Shown: positions 61,223 to 64,000 of the stretch, piece after piece | Numbering within the stretch: position 1 is the stretch's first letter | Layout of the letters: every line of letters begins with the position of its first letter | NCBI GenBank assembly: GCA_963675595.2 | Contig: CAXXLZ010000002.1 | Span: forward strand, 2,528,001-2,592,000 | Source: Thermodesulfobacteriota bacterium | GTDB taxonomy: Bacteria > Desulfobacterota > Desulfarculia > JACQYL01 | DNA: 64,000 bases | Direction of reading: 5' to 3' | Made by a program: the position numbers and the translations under genes | The notes under the pieces: model-generated | Databases searched by the model: none | Told to the model about the DNA's origin: nothing | The model's input: only the letters and a program-made list of their open reading frames with translations

Positions 61223-61240
61223 AGGAGAAATCTCACGGAG

Positions 61241-62812
61241 ATGCAGGAACATCATAAGGTGGTCGGAACCCACCCCAAGACCGTTCATTGGCCGGGTCGG
61301 TTGCATAATCCACTGTCGATACAAGAGAACTCGGTCAAGCCTTTCCGGCTCGTCAAGTACATCTCCGTAGGCAGCTTCCTGGTCATCATGGCCGCTACTC
61401 TGCTGCTGTCCCTCTTCTTTTTCGAACGGGACCGGACTCTGCTCCTTAGGCGCAGCGAGGAGTTCGCCGTTCTTCTCGCTGAAAACCTGAACAATCAGGT
61501 TTTCCAGAAATTCGTAATGCCGACCGCATTGCTTTACGGAAAGATGTCGCTCAGAGACCCCAAGCAGTACAACCAATTGGATACCGTAGTCAGGACCACG
61601 ATTTTCGGTTTCAATGTCGAAGAAGTCGATATCTACAGCCTGGACGACCTGATGGTCTACTCCACCGAATACACCATCGAGGAAATGCTGGAGAAAAGCC
61701 GTTGGGAGACTCCGCTGGGACTGTCCGTCACCCCCACGGAAGAGCACAACAAGGCGTTGGCCGGCGCTCCCGCTTCGCGACTCATCTCGACCGGTTCCAT
61801 CGCCCGACTGTTTTACCCCGGCGACCACAAGTCCGTACGGGTGCTCAGCACTTATTCTCCCTTCCGAGTGGATCTCAATCCGGAAACCAAGACCGAAGAA
61901 GTCATCGGCGTACTTAAGATCTCGCAGGACATCACCCAAAGCTACAAGGCCATTATCAAGAATCAAGCCCTGAGCATAACCATTTTCGCAAGCGTGATGA
62001 CCTTTCTCTTTGTCAGCCTTCTAGTCATCGCCCGCAGAGCGGAGACAATCATCCATCGGCGCGCGGAGGAAAAAAAGCGACTCGAGGAAAAGTTGAATCA
62101 CGCGGAGCGACTCGCCGGTTTGGGTCAAATGGTAGCCGGTGTGAGCCACGAGATCCGCAGCCCTTTAGGAGTCATTCGAAGCACGGCCGAACTTCTTGTG
62201 CAACGTATTGAGAAGTACGAGCCGGGAAACCGCTTGGGACAGGTCATCATTGAAGAATCCAATCGTCTGGATCGAATCGTGACCGAGTTTCTGGACTTCG
62301 CCCGGCCCCAAGTACCGAATCCCGTTCCGTCCCGGCTGAACGAAATCATCCTTAGGAACCTGGAAGCGTTGACTCCGGAACTGGAACGGCTCCACATTGA
62401 AGTAGATCGAAGCGGTCTGTCCGCTTTGGATCCCGTCTACGTGGACGCGGATCTAATCTACCGAAGTCTGCTGAACGTGTTCAATAACGCCGTCCAGGCA
62501 ATGCCCGACGGGGGAACGCTCCGGGTGTCCTTGAGCAACGGCCTGCGGAACAACGCCCCGGTTCAGGTCATCCGGGTCGAGGACACGGGGGACGGAATTT
62601 CACCCGAAGTGCTGAACAGCATCTTCCAGCCTTTTTTCACCACACGAGAAACAGGCACCGGATTAGGACTCCCCATTGTGAAGAACATTCTGGAATCTCA
62701 TGGAGGGTGGATAGGAATCGAGAGTCCGGCGGAAAGTGATCTGAATCCAACGCATGACCGGGGCACCCGGGTTTCCCTATACCTGCGCGTGCGGCCGGAC
62801 CATCTCGTGTAA
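61241..62812 (+). CDS. Membrane sensor histidine kinase
   Basis: Two TM helices, SHEIRSPL, NAVQAM, DTG.G, FFTTRETGTGLGL; start uncertain. Confidence 0.92.
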   Translation: MQEHHKVVGTHPKTVHWPGRLHNPLSIQENSVKPFRLVKYISVGSFLVIMAATLLLSLFFFERDRTLLLRRSEEFAVLLAENLNNQVFQKFVMPTALLYGKMSLRDPKQYNQLDTVVRTTIFGFNVEEVDIYSLDDLMVYSTEYTIEEMLEKSRWETPLGLSVTPTEEHNKALAGAPASRLISTGSIARLFYPGDHKSVRVLSTYSPFRVDLNPETKTEEVIGVLKISQDITQSYKAIIKNQALSITIFASVMTFLFVSLLVIARRAETIIHRRAEEKKRLEEKLNHAERLAGLGQMVAGVSHEIRSPLGVIRSTAELLVQRIEKYEPGNRLGQVIIEESNRLDRIVTEFLDFARPQVPNPVPSRLNEIILRNLEALTPELERLHIEVDRSGLSALDPVYVDADLIYRSLLNVFNNAVQAMPDGGTLRVSLSNGLRNNAPVQVIRVEDTGDGISPEVLNSIFQPFFTTRETGTGLGLPIVKNILESHGGWIGIESPAESDLNPTHDRGTRVSLYLRVRPDHLV

Positions 62813-62824
62813 GTCGAGGCTCCG

Positions 62825-64000
62825 ATGGAAATCATTCTCATTGTTGATGACGAAAAGAATTATTTGATCGTTCTCGAGACGCTCCTGGGCGAGGCGGGCT
62901 ACGAGGTTTTGTCGTCGGACACCGTGGTGCAGGCCATGCGCCTTTTACGGAACAACGATGTGGACTTGATCATCACGGATATGAAGATGCCCAAAATCAG
63001 CGGCATGGAACTCCTGGAAATGGTCAAGAACAAGGACTCCGACCTGCCGGTGATCATGATGACGGCCTACGGCACGGTGGAAAAAGCCGTGGAGGCCATG
63101 AAGAAAGGCGCCTTCGACTATATCACCAAGCCGTTCCAGAACCAGGAGCTGAAACTCACCGTGGCCAAAGCGCTGGAAATGCGCAGGCTGGTCAAACAGA
63201 ACCGATTGCTGCGTGAAGAGCTCAGCAACCGTTACCATTTCGATAACATTGTCGGCAAGTCCAAGGCCATGCACCGGGTCTACGAGGTTATCAAAAAGGT
63301 GGCGGACACCAAGGCCACAGTACTGATTACCGGGGAAAGCGGCACCGGAAAGGAACTGATTGCCCGGTCCATCCATTTCAACAGCGTGCGGAAGGAGGCG
63401 CCCTTCGTCTCGGTCAACTGCACGGCTCTAACGGAGACCCTGTTGGAAAGCGAACTTTTCGGTCACGAAAAGGGGTCCTTTACGGGCGCTGTATCCATGC
63501 GCAAGGGTCGCTTCGAAATGGCGGACAAAGGTACGCTTTTCTTGGACGAAGTCGGTGAAATGTCTCCCAATCTTCAGGTGAAGCTTCTGCGCGTGCTCCA
63601 GGAAAGAGAATTTGAACGCGTCGGTGGAAACAAATCCATTGCGGTGGATACGAGAATCATAGCGGCGACCAACAAGGACCTTTGGGCGGAGGTGCAGGAG
63701 GGGAGGTTCCGGGAAGACCTGTTTTTCCGCCTCAACGTGGTCCATATTCTGGTTCCGCCGCTCCGGGAACGAGCCGACGACATACCGTTGCTCGTCTCCC
63801 ACTTCCTTCGCAAGTATGCCGAGGAAAACGATCGCAAGGCGATGGAATTTGCACCGGAAGCCTGGCGGGCTCTGCTGACCTACAAATGGCCGGGCAACGT
63901 CAGGGAATTGGAGAACGCCGTGGAGCGGGCGGTCATTCTGAACAACGGAGGAATGATCACGCCTGATGACCTCCCGGGCGAGCTCCATGTTCAGGAACCT
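62825..64000 (+). CDS. Sigma-54-dependent response regulator (AtoC/NtrC family), runs off the window
   Basis: Translated by eye from ATG 62825: [44 protein letters not shown]. Confidence 0.93.
   Translation, partial: MEIILIVDDEKNYLIVLETLLGEAGYEVLSSDTVVQAMRLLRNNDVDLIITDMKMPKISGMELLEMVKNKDSDLPVIMMTAYGTVEKAVEAMKKGAFDYITKPFQNQELKLTVAKALEMRRLVKQNRLLREELSNRYHFDNIVGKSKAMHRVYEVIKKVADTKATVLITGESGTGKELIARSIHFNSVRKEAPFVSVNCTALTETLLESELFGHEKGSFTGAVSMRKGRFEMADKGTLFLDEVGEMSPNLQVKLLRVLQEREFERVGGNKSIAVDTRIIAATNKDLWAEVQEGRFREDLFFRLNVVHILVPPLRERADDIPLLVSHFLRKYAEENDRKAMEFAPEAWRALLTYKWPGNVRELENAVERAVILNNGGMITPDDLPGELHVQEP

Noticed and set aside
1-64000. CRISPR array, rRNA, riboswitch or prophage
   Set aside because: No regularly spaced repeats, rRNA-like sequence, recognisable riboswitch consensus or phage structural cluster was seen by eye. 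An Rfam scan of the long intergenic regions (23434-23804, 30300-30899, 41230-41700, 45400-45796) would be needed to exclude ncRNAs.

Overview
About 64 kb of a GC-rich bacterial chromosome whose gene content (pdxJ-nnr-tsaE-lysC, lepA-hemW, paaK-iorAB, DUF1847/DUF1638, many sigma-54 and two-component genes) points to an anaerobic Desulfobacterota/deltaproteobacterium; this is an inference. The first ~11.8 kb is accessory DNA. A CHASE2-HD-GYP gene is split by an intact-looking IS1634 element (16-bp TIRs, 5-bp TSD). It is followed by an APC permease and a 5.6-kb integrase-less islet bounded by a perfect 24-bp duplication of the 3' end of tRNA-Met(CAT). The islet carries an AT-rich GxGYxYP-family secreted protein, an IS21 remnant and an aspartate 4-decarboxylase with a twin-arginine signal peptide, the most unusual gene in the window. 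The remainder looks like core genome: cinA, a sugar kinase/nucleotidyltransferase pair, a TetR-DUF1847-acyl-CoA dehydrogenase-ETF cluster with visible operators, a globin-coupled kinase, purA, thiL, znuCB-zur with a Zur box, rnhA, paaK-iorAB, a lone MuF-like protein and a dense signalling cluster. No CRISPR array, rRNA or prophage is visible. All product calls come from motif recognition by eye; no database searches were run.
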